The notes under the pieces are model-generated. The model searched no databases. It was given only the letters and a program-made list of their open reading frames with translations, and was not told the origin of the DNA. Source: Candidatus Zixiibacteriota bacterium (lineage in GTDB: Bacteria; Zixibacteria; MSB-5A5; GN15; FEB-12). From it: a DNA stretch of 47,732 bases. The stretch covers positions 1 to 47,732 of the forward strand of contig JAFGNW010000102.1 in NCBI GenBank assembly GCA_016926795.1, written 5' to 3'. How positions within the stretch are numbered: the stretch's first letter is position 1; each line of letters opens with the position of its first letter. Positions 27,959-38,058 of the stretch are shown here, in pieces. Both the position numbers and the translations under genes were made by a program.

Positions 27959-29769
27959 TGGCACATGACGGCACATATAATCATCACGAAGAGGAAGCCC
28001 TCGGCAAGGCCTATGACGCCCGCCTGATGAAGCGCCTGCTGAAATATCTTCGTAATTACCGCCTCCCGGTGGCCGTAGCGGTGATGCTGTTGCTCGTGAG
28101 TTCGCTCTCTCAGATTGTCCTGGTTTTCCTGGTTAAATCCGCAATCGACGACCATATCATGACCGGCGTCAGGGATGGTTTTACCCTGATAATCCTGGTT
28201 TATCTCGGGGTAATGGTGCTGACTTTTATCATCCAGCATTTTCAGTATTATCTGACCCAGTGGCTGGGGCAGAACGTACAGCACAACATTCGCCTGCAGG
28301 TTTTCCGCCACTTGCAGAATTTACACCTGGGCTTTTACGACAAAAACCCCGTCGGACGGCTGGTCACCCGCGTGACTAACGATGTTGATGTCCTCAACGA
28401 ATTGTTCTCCTCCGGCGTGGTCAATATCATCGGCGATATTTTCATGCTGGTGTTGATTCTCGGCGCCATGCTGTATATCAACTGGCAGCTGGCCCTGATT
28501 ACCTTCATTGTCCTGCCGCTGCTGGTGATAATAACGTTCGTCTTTAAAATCAAGGCTCGCGAAGCCTACCGCCAGGTCAGAACCCGCCTGGCCCGGCTCA
28601 ATTCCTTCCTGCAGGAACACATCCTCGGCATCAAAATCGTTCAGCTTTTCAACCGGGAGAAAAAGACCTTCGATGAGTTCGAGGTCGTCAACCGCGATCT
28701 CCGCGGAGCGCACTTCCGCTCCATTTATTATTACGCCTTATTTTTCCCGGCGGTGGAAATAATCAGCGCTCTCTCGGTCGGACTGCTGCTTTATTATGGC
28801 GGAATTAGAATCACCGACGCGGCGCTGACGTTCGGCGAACTGGTGGCTTTCATCCAGCTGGTCGAGCGTTTTTATCGCCCGATCAGGGATTTATCGGAAC
28901 AGTACAACGTTCTGCAGTCGTCGATGGCGTCCTCGGAGAGAATTTTCAAATTGCTGGACACCCCGCCGGCTATCGTTGACGTTAGAAATCCCGAGAACAA
29001 CGGTGATTTCCGAGGGAAAATTGAGTTCGACAAACTCTGGTTCGCTTATAACCAAGAGGACTGGGTCCTCAAGGATATTTCGTTTACGGTCGAAAGCGGC
29101 CGACGGGTGGCTATCGTCGGTGCCACCGGGGCCGGCAAAAGCTCGCTAATCTCGCTGCTGTATCGCTTCTACGATTATCAGAAGGGTTCGATAAAAATCG
29201 ACGGGGTCGATATCAAGAATATGCCGGTCGCCGAACTTCGCCGCCATCTCGGACTGGTGCTTCAGGATGTCTTTCTGTTTAGCGGCGATTATGCCGGCAA
29301 CGTCCGCCTGCGCGAGCGGAACATTTCCGATGAACAGGTCAGACAGGCCCTGAACCGGGTCGGGTTCGACCGCTTCCTGGATAAAATGCCCCAGGGAATA
29401 CAAACCGGGATTATGGAACGCGGGGCGACCCTTTCCACGGGACAGAAACAGCTGCTTTCTTTCGCCCGGGCGCTGGCATTCGACCCGGATATTCTCATTC
29501 TCGACGAGGCCACCAGTTCGGTGGATACCGAAACGGAAAAACTTATCCAGGCGGCGCTCGATGAACTTCTCAAGGGCCGTACCTCGATAGTCATCGCCCA
29601 CCGTCTGTCGACTATAGAAAAAGCGGATAATATAATCGTTCTGCATCATGGACAGATCAGGGAAATGGGCAAACACAATGAATTGTTGAAACAGAAAGGC
29701 ATTTATTATAAGTTGTACCAGATGCAGTTTAAACGTGAACTGGCGCAGAAAAAAATAATATCCGCGTAA
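27958..29769 (+). CDS. ABC exporter permease/ATPase fusion, subunit 2 (consensus-site half)
   Basis: 603 aa. Walker A is GATGAGKSS and Walker B is ILILDEATS. The signature deviates from consensus (LSTGQKQ). Its ATG overlaps the upstream TGA by 1 nt. Confidence 0.9.
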   Translation: MAHDGTYNHHEEEALGKAYDARLMKRLLKYLRNYRLPVAVAVMLLLVSSLSQIVLVFLVKSAIDDHIMTGVRDGFTLIILVYLGVMVLTFIIQHFQYYLTQWLGQNVQHNIRLQVFRHLQNLHLGFYDKNPVGRLVTRVTNDVDVLNELFSSGVVNIIGDIFMLVLILGAMLYINWQLALITFIVLPLLVIITFVFKIKAREAYRQVRTRLARLNSFLQEHILGIKIVQLFNREKKTFDEFEVVNRDLRGAHFRSIYYYALFFPAVEIISALSVGLLLYYGGIRITDAALTFGELVAFIQLVERFYRPIRDLSEQYNVLQSSMASSERIFKLLDTPPAIVDVRNPENNGDFRGKIEFDKLWFAYNQEDWVLKDISFTVESGRRVAIVGATGAGKSSLISLLYRFYDYQKGSIKIDGVDIKNMPVAELRRHLGLVLQDVFLFSGDYAGNVRLRERNISDEQVRQALNRVGFDRFLDKMPQGIQTGIMERGATLSTGQKQLLSFARALAFDPDILILDEATSSVDTETEKLIQAALDELLKGRTSIVIAHRLSTIEKADNIIVLHHGQIREMGKHNELLKQKGIYYKLYQMQFKRELAQKKIISA

Positions 29770-29786
29770 GTCAGGGGATTTGTTAA

Positions 29787-30572
29787 ATGACCGACCGGGA
29801 AGCCGAAAGACTGATGGTTTTTACCGAAAAGCTGGCTGTCAACGCCGGCGCGATTTTGAAAAAAAGTTTTAACCGCCGCCACGATATCAGGTACAAAGGG
29901 CGAATCGACCCGGTTACCGAAGCCGACCTGAAATCCGAAAAATTCATCACCGACAATATTTTGAACAATTATCCGGAGCATGAGATTCTGACCGAGGAAG
30001 GCAGCGCGGTCGGGCAAAAGTCGCCCTATCGATGGGTCATCGACCCGCTCGACGGGACGGTCAATTATGCGCACGCTTTCCCGGTTTACTGCGTCTCGAT
30101 CGCCCTCGAATATAAGGGAGAAATTGTCCTGGGCGCCGTTTACGACCCGCAACTCGAGGAGTTGTTCCGGGCGCGAAAAGGCGCCGGTGCTTACCTTAAC
30201 CGAAAAAAAATTCACGTGTCCGGCGAAAGAGTATTGAAACGAGCTCTGCTGGCCACCGGTTTTGCCTATGATATCGGGACCGCCCGGCGCAATAATCTCG
30301 GTCTGTTTGCCCGCATGGCCAAGAAAGCCGAGGGTATCCGCCGCCTGGGTTCGGCCGCGCTGGATTTATGCTGGCTGGCGGCCGGCCGCCTGGACGGTTT
30401 CTGGGAGCTGAAACTCCACCCTTGGGATACCGCCGCGGCGAAACTTATCGTCGAGGAAGCCGGCGGCAAAATAACCCGTTTCAACGGAGAAAAATATTCC
30501 ATTTTCGAAAAAGAAATACTGGCCTCCAACGGGAAACTTCACCCGGCCTTGAAAAAAGTCCTGCGCGGATGA
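29787..30572 (+). CDS. Inositol monophosphatase family protein (SuhB-like)
   Basis: 261 aa with WVIDPLDGTVNY and the WDTAAA motif. Confidence 0.88.
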   Translation: MTDREAERLMVFTEKLAVNAGAILKKSFNRRHDIRYKGRIDPVTEADLKSEKFITDNILNNYPEHEILTEEGSAVGQKSPYRWVIDPLDGTVNYAHAFPVYCVSIALEYKGEIVLGAVYDPQLEELFRARKGAGAYLNRKKIHVSGERVLKRALLATGFAYDIGTARRNNLGLFARMAKKAEGIRRLGSAALDLCWLAAGRLDGFWELKLHPWDTAAAKLIVEEAGGKITRFNGEKYSIFEKEILASNGKLHPALKKVLRG

Positions 30573-30662
30573 TTTTTTGTCGTTCTGGCTCTTGATTAAA
30601 TGTATAAATATTATATTTATACTTTATTATGTTGGCATTTTTATCGATACATTAATAGTGAT

Positions 30663-32021
30663 ATGAAAAAGAAACAACTGGTAAAATCAACCTCGGGCAT
30701 TCGCGGAGTGGTCGGCAACGGCCTGGATCCGGTCATGGTGACCTCTTACGGTGCGGCTTTCGGGACGTTTTTGAAAAAAGGAAAAATAGTTATCGGTTCC
30801 GACACCCGGCCGTCGAAAGACATGGTCAAACAGGCCGTTATATCGGGCCTGGCGGCGGTGGGTATCGATGTCATTGATATCGGCACGGTTCCGACACCGA
30901 CGGTAGAAATCGCCGTTAAGCAACTCAAAGCCGCGGGCGGCATCTGCATCACCGCCTCACACAATCCGGCGCCCTGGAACGCCCTCAAGTTTTTCAACGA
31001 CCGGGGAGAGTTTATTACCCCCGAACAGTACAAAAAACTGGATAAGATTTTTAACAGCGGCCGGTTCGCCTATAAGCCGGTTCAAAAACTGGGCCGGATA
31101 TCATCTCAGACCGATTGGATAGACCGGCACATCGCAAAAACCCTGGCTGTCAAAACGGTTAACCAAACGGCTGTAAAAAAATATCGATTCAAAGCGGTGG
31201 TGGACGCTGTCAACGGAGCCGGTTCGGAAGCCCTGCCACGCCTGCTGGAGAAGATGGGTGTAAAAGTAATTCGGCTCAACTGCGAGGGCGACGGTAATTT
31301 CGTCCATGAGCCGGAACCGATACCGGAAAACCTCGGTCAACTGGGGCGGGCGGTGAGAAAACACAAGGCCGACCTGGGCCTGGCCTGCGACCCCGATGCC
31401 GACCGGTTGGCGCTGGTGGATGAAACCGGTCAGCCGATAGGTGAAGAATTTACCCTGACTATAGCCGTCAGGCAAATTCTCAAGAAAACCCGGGGAGTGA
31501 CGGTTATAAATCTTTCAACCTCAAAAGCCACCGCCGATATGGCGGAGCAATACGGTTCGAAAGTATGTTATTCCAGAGTCGGCGAGGCCAACGTGATACA
31601 GTTGATGAAACGCCGTCGCAGCGTGATCGGCGGCGAGGGCAACGGTGGCGTTATCTATCCGGCTTTTCACTCCGGGCGCGATTCCCTTATAGCCGCCGCC
31701 CTGGTTTTGACCTGCCTGGCCGAGGAGAAAACGAGCCTGAATAAGCTTGTCAAAACCCTGCCGAAGTATTATATTATTAAATCAAAAGCGCCGCTTCCCG
31801 ACAACTTTCGAGACAGATTAAAGCAATTTGAAAAAGAAGCGTATAATCTGCTGGGTAAAACCCGAATTGACCGGCAGGACGGTCTGCGCTTTGATTTTGA
31901 CAGGGGCTGGGTACAACTGAGGTCTTCCAATACCGAACCTATTTATCGGCTCATAGTGGAAACGGACGAACGGAAATTGACGGATACACTGCACCGGGCA
32001 GTGAAACGCTTTTTTAAATAG
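30663..32021 (+). CDS. glmM: Phosphohexomutase, probably phosphoglucosamine mutase
   Basis: The likely start is ATG 30663 (MKKKQLVKSTSGIRG); the 21-codon extension in the ORF track is AT-rich promoter sequence. The phosphoserine loop is TASHNPAPWN and the metal loop is DPDADR. It sits immediately upstream of glmS. Confidence 0.8.
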   Translation: MKKKQLVKSTSGIRGVVGNGLDPVMVTSYGAAFGTFLKKGKIVIGSDTRPSKDMVKQAVISGLAAVGIDVIDIGTVPTPTVEIAVKQLKAAGGICITASHNPAPWNALKFFNDRGEFITPEQYKKLDKIFNSGRFAYKPVQKLGRISSQTDWIDRHIAKTLAVKTVNQTAVKKYRFKAVVDAVNGAGSEALPRLLEKMGVKVIRLNCEGDGNFVHEPEPIPENLGQLGRAVRKHKADLGLACDPDADRLALVDETGQPIGEEFTLTIAVRQILKKTRGVTVINLSTSKATADMAEQYGSKVCYSRVGEANVIQLMKRRRSVIGGEGNGGVIYPAFHSGRDSLIAAALVLTCLAEEKTSLNKLVKTLPKYYIIKSKAPLPDNFRDRLKQFEKEAYNLLGKTRIDRQDGLRFDFDRGWVQLRSSNTEPIYRLIVETDERKLTDTLHRAVKRFFK

Positions 32022-32035
32022 AATGGAATTATAAT

Positions 32036-33862
32036 ATGTGTGGTATAGTTGGTTATGTCGGTTACAGGCAGGCAAAACCTATTTTGTTGGCGGGCATTAA
32101 ACGCCTTGAATATCGCGGTTATGATTCGGCGGGAATCGCTCTTTTAACCGAAAGCGGTTTGATGGTTTCGAAATCGGTGGGCAAAATCAAAATGCTCGAA
32201 AAGGTTCTGGGCGACCGGGAATACAAAAGCACTCACGGTATCGCCCATACCCGCTGGGCTACCCACGGTGAGCCGACCGAGGTCAACGCCCATCCCCATA
32301 TCGACCAGAACAGCGAAATAGCTCTGATACACAACGGTATTATCGAAAATTACCGTACTTTGAAAGAATATCTCATCCGCCAGGGAGTTAATTTTAAAAC
32401 CGACACCGATACCGAGGTCCTGGTACATTTGATACGCCTCAATTACAAGGGTGACCTGACCAGCGCCGTGCGCGACGCCCTGACGCAGGTCGACGGTACT
32501 TACGGCATTGCGGTGATATCCTCGATGCATCCCAACCTGATGGTGGCCGCCCGGATGGGTTCGCCGCTGGTGGTCGGTCTGGGGGAAAAGGAAAATTTCG
32601 TCGCGTCCGACGTTTCCGCCATGCTGGAACATACCAACCGGGTGGTTTACCTCGAGGACGGTGAGGTGGCCACTATCACCCCGACCGATTATGAAATCAC
32701 CACTATTCAGAACGTTAAAATTACACCGGAAATAAACGAGGTCAGCTGGACGCTGGATATGATAGAGAAGGAAGGGTATGACCATTTCATGCTCAAGGAG
32801 ATTCACGAGCAGCCCAGCACTCTCAGGAACACTATCCGGGGTCGGCTTAACTTAGACGAAGGTATCGCGCGTCTGAACGGTCTCAATTTGCAATATGAAG
32901 AATTACACCGTTTGAAAAGAATTATCATTTCCGCCTGCGGTACTTCATGGCACAGCGGTCTTATCGGCGAATATATGATAGAGGAGCTTTCCCGGTTGCC
33001 GGTCGAGGTTGAGTACGCCTCGGAGTTCCGCTACCGTTCACCGATTTTCAGTGAGAACACCGTATTCCTGGCTATCAGCCAGTCGGGGGAGACCGCTGAC
33101 ACCCTGGCGGCGCTGCGCGAAGCCAAAAAGCGCGGTATCACCGCTCTCGGGCTGGTCAATGTGGTCGGCTCGACTATCGCGCGCGAATCCGATGGCGGTG
33201 TGTACATTCATGCCGGGCCGGAAATCGGCGTAGCTTCAACCAAGGCCTTTACCTCGCAGGTTATGGTCCTGGCGCTGATCGCCAACCTGCTCGGGCGGAT
33301 GCGCCATCTCTCCGTCCAGCAGGGTCAGGAGATGATTGACTATATCCAGAAAATACCAGACCAGGTCGAACATATTCTCCAGAAGAGCGAGGAAATTAAG
33401 CAGATCGCCGAGGTTTATCACAAGAACAACAATTTCCTGTACCTCGGTCGGGGCATTAATTATCCGGTGGCTCTGGAAGGTGCGCTGAAACTCAAGGAAA
33501 TTTCCTATATCCATGCTGAGGGATACCCGGCAGCGGAGATGAAACACGGCCCGATCGCTCTAATCGACCAGAATATGCCGGTGGTGGTCATTGCTTTGAA
33601 GGACCCGGTCTATGACAAGGTTATGTCCAATATCGCTGAGGTCAAGGCTCGCAACGGACGGATTATCGCTATCGCCACCGAGGGCGACCGGGAAATCGCC
33701 GAGCGAGTCGACCATGTCATTTATATCCCCCAGACTTTCCGGCTGTTGACGCCGCTTTTATCGGTTATACCCCTGCAGCTCCTGGCTTATCACATTGCCG
33801 TGATGCGCGGCTGCCATGTCGACCAGCCGAGAAATCTGGCCAAATCGGTAACGGTCGAATAA
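32036..33862 (+). CDS. glmS: Glutamine-fructose-6-phosphate aminotransferase
   Basis: 608 aa with the N-terminal nucleophile MCGIVGY, two SIS domains and the C-terminus ..KSVTVE. Confidence 0.97.
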   Translation: MCGIVGYVGYRQAKPILLAGIKRLEYRGYDSAGIALLTESGLMVSKSVGKIKMLEKVLGDREYKSTHGIAHTRWATHGEPTEVNAHPHIDQNSEIALIHNGIIENYRTLKEYLIRQGVNFKTDTDTEVLVHLIRLNYKGDLTSAVRDALTQVDGTYGIAVISSMHPNLMVAARMGSPLVVGLGEKENFVASDVSAMLEHTNRVVYLEDGEVATITPTDYEITTIQNVKITPEINEVSWTLDMIEKEGYDHFMLKEIHEQPSTLRNTIRGRLNLDEGIARLNGLNLQYEELHRLKRIIISACGTSWHSGLIGEYMIEELSRLPVEVEYASEFRYRSPIFSENTVFLAISQSGETADTLAALREAKKRGITALGLVNVVGSTIARESDGGVYIHAGPEIGVASTKAFTSQVMVLALIANLLGRMRHLSVQQGQEMIDYIQKIPDQVEHILQKSEEIKQIAEVYHKNNNFLYLGRGINYPVALEGALKLKEISYIHAEGYPAAEMKHGPIALIDQNMPVVVIALKDPVYDKVMSNIAEVKARNGRIIAIATEGDREIAERVDHVIYIPQTFRLLTPLLSVIPLQLLAYHIAVMRGCHVDQPRNLAKSVTVE

Positions 33863-33885
33863 ATTTTTGGGATTAATATTTAAGA

Positions 33886-33916
33886 AGAGTCATCTCGGTT
33901 GATGGCTCTTTTTTTA
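33886..33916 (+). terminator. Rho-independent terminator after glmS
   Basis: Stem AGAGTCATC / GATGGCTCT (one mismatch) with loop TCGGTT, then T7. Confidence 0.65.
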
Positions 33917-34156
33917 TTTCACGATTTTTTCGGGGATGTTGATAGTCAGAATGAACCCGGCCGAACGCCCTTTCAACGGCCTGGTGTTTATCTCGCACAT
34001 TTTCTTTACCTCGCGGTTGTCTTTTGGGTCAGTACCATTATCAATCATCTGAGAGGTTGTATTCAGGGCGTCCTGAAAATCAAGAAAATTTATTACGAAG
34101 TAATTGATTTTCTTCATGTTACCGTACTTCGCCACTATTTGATGAGCATTAAGCAT
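33914..34156 (-). CDS. Hypothetical small protein (80 aa)
   Basis: An ORF on the same strand as, and downstream of, the acyl-CoA dehydrogenase gene. It is AT-rich. Only a faint resemblance to RelE/HigB-type toxins (PLKGRSAGFILTIN) was seen. It is bounded upstream by an in-frame TAG. Confidence 0.25.
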   Translation of the reverse strand: MLNAHQIVAKYGNMKKINYFVINFLDFQDALNTTSQMIDNGTDPKDNREVKKMCEINTRPLKGRSAGFILTINIPEKIVK

Positions 34157-34256
34157 ATCTCTATAGTCGGCTTTCCCGTCAAGTTTCTTAATATCAAAGA
34201 GATATTCGAGATAACTGATTCAAGCATATGTTTATGAAATACAGGAAATTAAGTCT

Positions 34257-35459
34257 TTACTGCTCCACCACCGGCAGGTCCTTTTCCAGCTGTTTGTCCT
34301 TTCTCAATCCCAGGGCATAATCAGCCTGCATAAGGGTGTGTATCTCCCGGGTTCCTTCATATATCGAAGCTCCCTTGGCGTTGCGATAAAACCGCTCTAC
34401 CGGGTATTCATCGGAAAACCCATACGCCCCGAAAACCTGCACGGCGTTGGCGGCGGCTTCTTCGGCTTCCCGGCAGGCCACCCATTTGGCCAGCGAGGTA
34501 GCCCGGGTGGAACGCAAACCCTGGTTTTTCAGCCAGCCGGCTTTCTGCCAGAGAAGGGTGCTGTATTCATACCCGGCTTCCATATTGGCAATCATCTGCT
34601 TAACCAGTTGATGCTCAGCTATATTGTGGGTAAAAGTCTTCCGCTCGAAGGAGTATTTGATACAGGCGTCGCGACAGGCCTTGATAAGACCGCCGGAACC
34701 GGCCGCTACGGTATAGCGTCCCTGGTCAAGGCAGAACATGGCGATTTTGAATCCCTCGCCTTCTTTGTAAACCAGATTTTCCACCGGGACTTTTACATCC
34801 TGGTAAGCAATCCAGCCGGTATCCCCGGAACGAACGCCCAGCTTGCCGTGAATCGGCCCGGTGCTCACACCCTCGAAATCACTTTCCACGATAAAGGCCG
34901 AAAGTCCGCTGTGGTCGCGCTTTCTCTTCTTATCCAAATCGGTCCAGGCGAAAGCCAGATGATAATCGGCGACATCAGCCAGTGAAATCCACATCTTCTC
35001 GCCGTTAAGGATATAAAAATTGCCGTCTTTCACGGCGGTGGACTGCAGCCCGACAACATCGGAACCAGCTCCCGGCTCCGTAAGACCGAACGCCCCGATT
35101 TTATCCCCGGTCGCCACCGGTTTCAGATATTTCTCCTTCTGAGTCTCACTGGCCCAGGTCAGAACCGGCAGGCTGTAAAGGCCGATATGCACCGAAAGCA
35201 CCACCCGGGCGGCGGTATCGCCGTATTCCAGTTCCTCGCAAGCCAGCCCCAGCGAAATATAATCCATCCCCAAGCCGCCGTATTTTTCAGGGATACAGAA
35301 ACCCAGCAGATTGGCCTCCTTCATGGCTGGCAGAAGATCCGGGTTAGGCCGGTGTGCCCGGTCAAAATCCTTAATCGAGGGGATTATAACTTTCGCGGCC
35401 AGTTCCCGAGCCATATCCCGGACCGCCAGTTGGTTTTCGGTAAAAGCGAAATCTATCAT
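34257..35459 (-). CDS. Acyl-CoA dehydrogenase
   Basis: 400 aa with GLTEPGAGSD, the YEGT.EI motif and typical ACAD length and architecture. Confidence 0.92.
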   Translation of the reverse strand: MIDFAFTENQLAVRDMARELAAKVIIPSIKDFDRAHRPNPDLLPAMKEANLLGFCIPEKYGGLGMDYISLGLACEELEYGDTAARVVLSVHIGLYSLPVLTWASETQKEKYLKPVATGDKIGAFGLTEPGAGSDVVGLQSTAVKDGNFYILNGEKMWISLADVADYHLAFAWTDLDKKRKRDHSGLSAFIVESDFEGVSTGPIHGKLGVRSGDTGWIAYQDVKVPVENLVYKEGEGFKIAMFCLDQGRYTVAAGSGGLIKACRDACIKYSFERKTFTHNIAEHQLVKQMIANMEAGYEYSTLLWQKAGWLKNQGLRSTRATSLAKWVACREAEEAAANAVQVFGAYGFSDEYPVERFYRNAKGASIYEGTREIHTLMQADYALGLRKDKQLEKDLPVVEQ

Positions 35460-35696
35460 CGAGAAATATCCTCCTTTTATTTCTTTTTTGGTAAGAGTCA
35501 GGGTATATATAGTATAAATTCAAGGTCCGGTCAAGGGGTGTAAGCCTTTATAGTTCAATGAATATTGAAAAAACATCAGGAAATCGGTAAAAATCTTAAA
35601 TATATGGAACTAAAACGGGACGAAATTGGTTTAATATAATGAACGAAATAAAAAGATATTAAACAGACTTTTGTACCCTGACCATACACCCTCCCA

Positions 35697-35731
35697 TGAA
35701 AAACCGCCGAGCAATTCGGCGGTTTTTTTTT
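35697..35731 (+). terminator. Intrinsic-terminator-like hairpin with no upstream gene
   Basis: A-run, then stem CCGCCGA / TCGGCGG with loop GCAAT, then T9. It lies in the 378-bp divergent intergenic region between the ACAD start (35459) and the GNAT start (35838). Confidence 0.6.
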
Positions 35732-35837
35732 GCCCCGATTAAGACGGATAATCTAAGCCATTCACTTTTCTTGAGTTGCTCACCAACAATAATTTATTTA
35801 TATTCCCCGCAACGACCAAGATGGAGAAGACCAAGCA

Positions 35838-36320
35838 ATGAGCGACCCGACCCGTATAAAAGCCGATATAATACCCTATAATCCCGAATATGCCCAGATT
35901 GTCCGCTCCTGGATAGAATCCGAGGATACCTATAAAAGCCTCTGCCGGGGGCAGGATTTTCCCCCGCCGGAGGATATCGTGGACAGCTGGCAACGACCCG
36001 ATGTCGCCGCATATCTGCTGTTCTCAGAACGCAAGCCGGTCGCTTACGGGGAGCTGTGGAACCGCCCCATTGAAAACGCAGTGGAAATAGCTCACCTGCT
36101 GGTGGACCCCTACCGGCGTACCCGCGGTTATGGCACCAAAATGCTCAACCTGCTTTACGAAGCTGCCGCCCGGAGACAGGATATTATCAAGGTCATTTTG
36201 AATCTTTACGGTGATAGCGAGGAAACCCTGGGCTGTTTCGTTAAAGCCGGGTTCGAACTGGCCGGTACCACCGTCCATACGATGGGACTGAGGATGGTGC
36301 GCTTGGTGGAAAGAAGATAA
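35838..36320 (+). CDS. GNAT family N-acetyltransferase
   Basis: 160 aa with the acetyl-CoA motif A LLVDPYRRTRGYGTKML. Confidence 0.85.
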   Translation: MSDPTRIKADIIPYNPEYAQIVRSWIESEDTYKSLCRGQDFPPPEDIVDSWQRPDVAAYLLFSERKPVAYGELWNRPIENAVEIAHLLVDPYRRTRGYGTKMLNLLYEAAARRQDIIKVILNLYGDSEETLGCFVKAGFELAGTTVHTMGLRMVRLVERR

Positions 36321-36362
36321 TTTCTCATTAGATAAATAAAATTCTCAATTAAGGGAGAAGCT

Positions 36363-37145
36363 ATGGTGGAATTGAAAAATCTGTTAGTTGAAAAGAAAGA
36401 CAATATTCTGGTTATTACCATTAACCGCGAGAAAGCCATGAATGCCCTCGACGACGAGACGGTGACGGAACTTCAGCACGTTTTTAACAAACATAAAGAC
36501 GATGAAGGTATCGGATGCGTGATTCTGACCGGGGCCGGCAAGGCCTTCGTGGCCGGGGCGGATATAAGTGAGCTGGCGGCGGCCGATTCCGTCAAAGGCA
36601 AAGCGATTTCGGAGAAGGGTCTCAAGCTAATGGAAACCATACAATATTTCCCGCACCCGGTGATAGCGGCGATCAACGGTTTCGCCCTGGGAGGCGGCTG
36701 TGAGCTTGCCATGGCCTGCGATATCCGGCTGGCCTCGGAGAAAGCCAAAATGGGACAACCTGAAATCAACCTGGGCATTATCCCCGGATACGGCGGTACT
36801 CAACGCCTGTCGCGTCTGGTCGGACGGGGAAAAGCCATGGAATTGATCCTGACCGGAAATATGGTGGATGCCGCCGAGGCGCACCGCATCGGCCTGGTCG
36901 ATGAAGTGTATCCTCCCGATGAGTTGATGGACAAAGCCTTCGAGTTGGCTAAACTAATAAATTCCAAAAGCCCCCTGTCGATAAGCATAGCCAAGGAAGC
37001 CATCAACCGGGGTCTGGATATGCCGCTTATGGACGGCTGTGATTTTGAGATGAATCTCTTCGGGGAAATCTTCGGTTCGGACGACAAGAACGAGGGCACC
37101 AATGCCTTCCTCGAAAAACGCAAACCCAATTTCACCGGCAAGTAG
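36363..37145 (+). CDS. Enoyl-CoA hydratase (crotonase family)
   Basis: 260 aa with GAGKAFVAGADI, NGFALGGGCELAMACD and the catalytic-Glu context GQPEINLG. Confidence 0.93.
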   Translation: MVELKNLLVEKKDNILVITINREKAMNALDDETVTELQHVFNKHKDDEGIGCVILTGAGKAFVAGADISELAAADSVKGKAISEKGLKLMETIQYFPHPVIAAINGFALGGGCELAMACDIRLASEKAKMGQPEINLGIIPGYGGTQRLSRLVGRGKAMELILTGNMVDAAEAHRIGLVDEVYPPDELMDKAFELAKLINSKSPLSISIAKEAINRGLDMPLMDGCDFEMNLFGEIFGSDDKNEGTNAFLEKRKPNFTGK

Positions 37146-37147
37146 TC

Positions 37148-37218
37148 ACGGTGTAGCACCGTTTTTTTGCCTACAGCTTTTAATTAAAGGCGGGAGAATA
37201 AATTCTCCCGTTTTTTTT
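37148..37218 (+). terminator. Two consecutive terminator hairpins after the crotonase gene
   Basis: First hairpin: ACGGTG / CACCGT followed by T7 (37148-37168). Second hairpin: GGGAGAA / TTCTCCC followed by T8 (37192-37218). Confidence 0.7.
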
Positions 37219-37295
37219 GTACAAATAAAAAAGTCGTTCGTTATATATAAAAAGGCTCTTACGGTTTAAACCGCATCGGCGGGAGGTAAAAATCC

Positions 37296-38045
37296 ATGAA
37301 TTACGAAGATATAAAACAGAACCGTCTTTATGACGAATTCGCCCACCTGTGGAACTTAATCAGCAACCCGCAGGATTATGCCCTCGAAGCCGCTTTCTGG
37401 AAAAAAGCCCTCCGGGATAAACTCGGTCCCGGGCGGCACGAAATTCTGGAGCTCGGCGTCGGCGGCGGCCACAACCTGTCGCACCTCAAAAACGAATTCC
37501 GAGCCACCGCGGTGGATATCTCCGACAAAATGCTGGACAACTCCCGCCGGCTCAATCCCGAGGTCGAGCATCTGGTCGGGGATATGCGGTCGGTGCGGCT
37601 GGGTCGGATATTCCGGGCTGTTATTATTCATGATGCTATTAACTATATGCTTACCGAGGACGACCTGCACGCCGCCTTAAGGACCGCCGCCGAACATCTC
37701 GACCCCGGCGGTGTTTTCGTAACTTCACCAGATTACACAACCGAAACGTTTACGGACGGTGTCGTGCGGCACGGTTCCTGTGCCGATGAAAATACGCGCC
37801 TGGTGCACATCGAATACGAGTTCGACCCTGACCCCGACGACACCACTTATGAATACCTGATGATTTACCTGATACGCGAGAAAGGGCAGCTTCGCATCGA
37901 GCACGACCGGCATGTGACAGGCCTGTTTCGGGAAGCCCGGTGGCTGGAACTTATCGAGGATGCCGGGTTTGAAGTCGAGAAGTACGCCTATGACGTTCAC
38001 GATGATAAACGCCAATCATATCTTTTTGTGGGTGTAAAGAAGTAG
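37296..38045 (+). CDS. Class I SAM-dependent methyltransferase
   Basis: 249 aa. Motif I is ILELGVGGGHN, followed by the acidic residue in AVDISDKM. Confidence 0.8.
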   Translation: MNYEDIKQNRLYDEFAHLWNLISNPQDYALEAAFWKKALRDKLGPGRHEILELGVGGGHNLSHLKNEFRATAVDISDKMLDNSRRLNPEVEHLVGDMRSVRLGRIFRAVIIHDAINYMLTEDDLHAALRTAAEHLDPGGVFVTSPDYTTETFTDGVVRHGSCADENTRLVHIEYEFDPDPDDTTYEYLMIYLIREKGQLRIEHDRHVTGLFREARWLELIEDAGFEVEKYAYDVHDDKRQSYLFVGVKK

Positions 38046-38058
38046 AAAGGGGGTTGCG

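Noticed and set aside
32022-32035. A possible glmS ribozyme or riboswitch upstream of glmS.
   Set aside because: Only 14 nt separate glmM and glmS, and the 90-nt region upstream of glmM is plain AT-rich promoter sequence. There is no room for the ribozyme fold.
33899-34237. 112-aa plus-strand ORF after glmS, and a possible HigB/RelE-like toxin on the minus strand (33914-34156).
   Set aside because: The plus-strand ORF starts inside the glmS terminator and has no motif. The minus-strand ORF shows only a faint LKG..G...I.IN resemblance, lacks the C-terminal part of the RelE fold, and has no antitoxin neighbour. It is kept only as a low-confidence hypothetical CDS.
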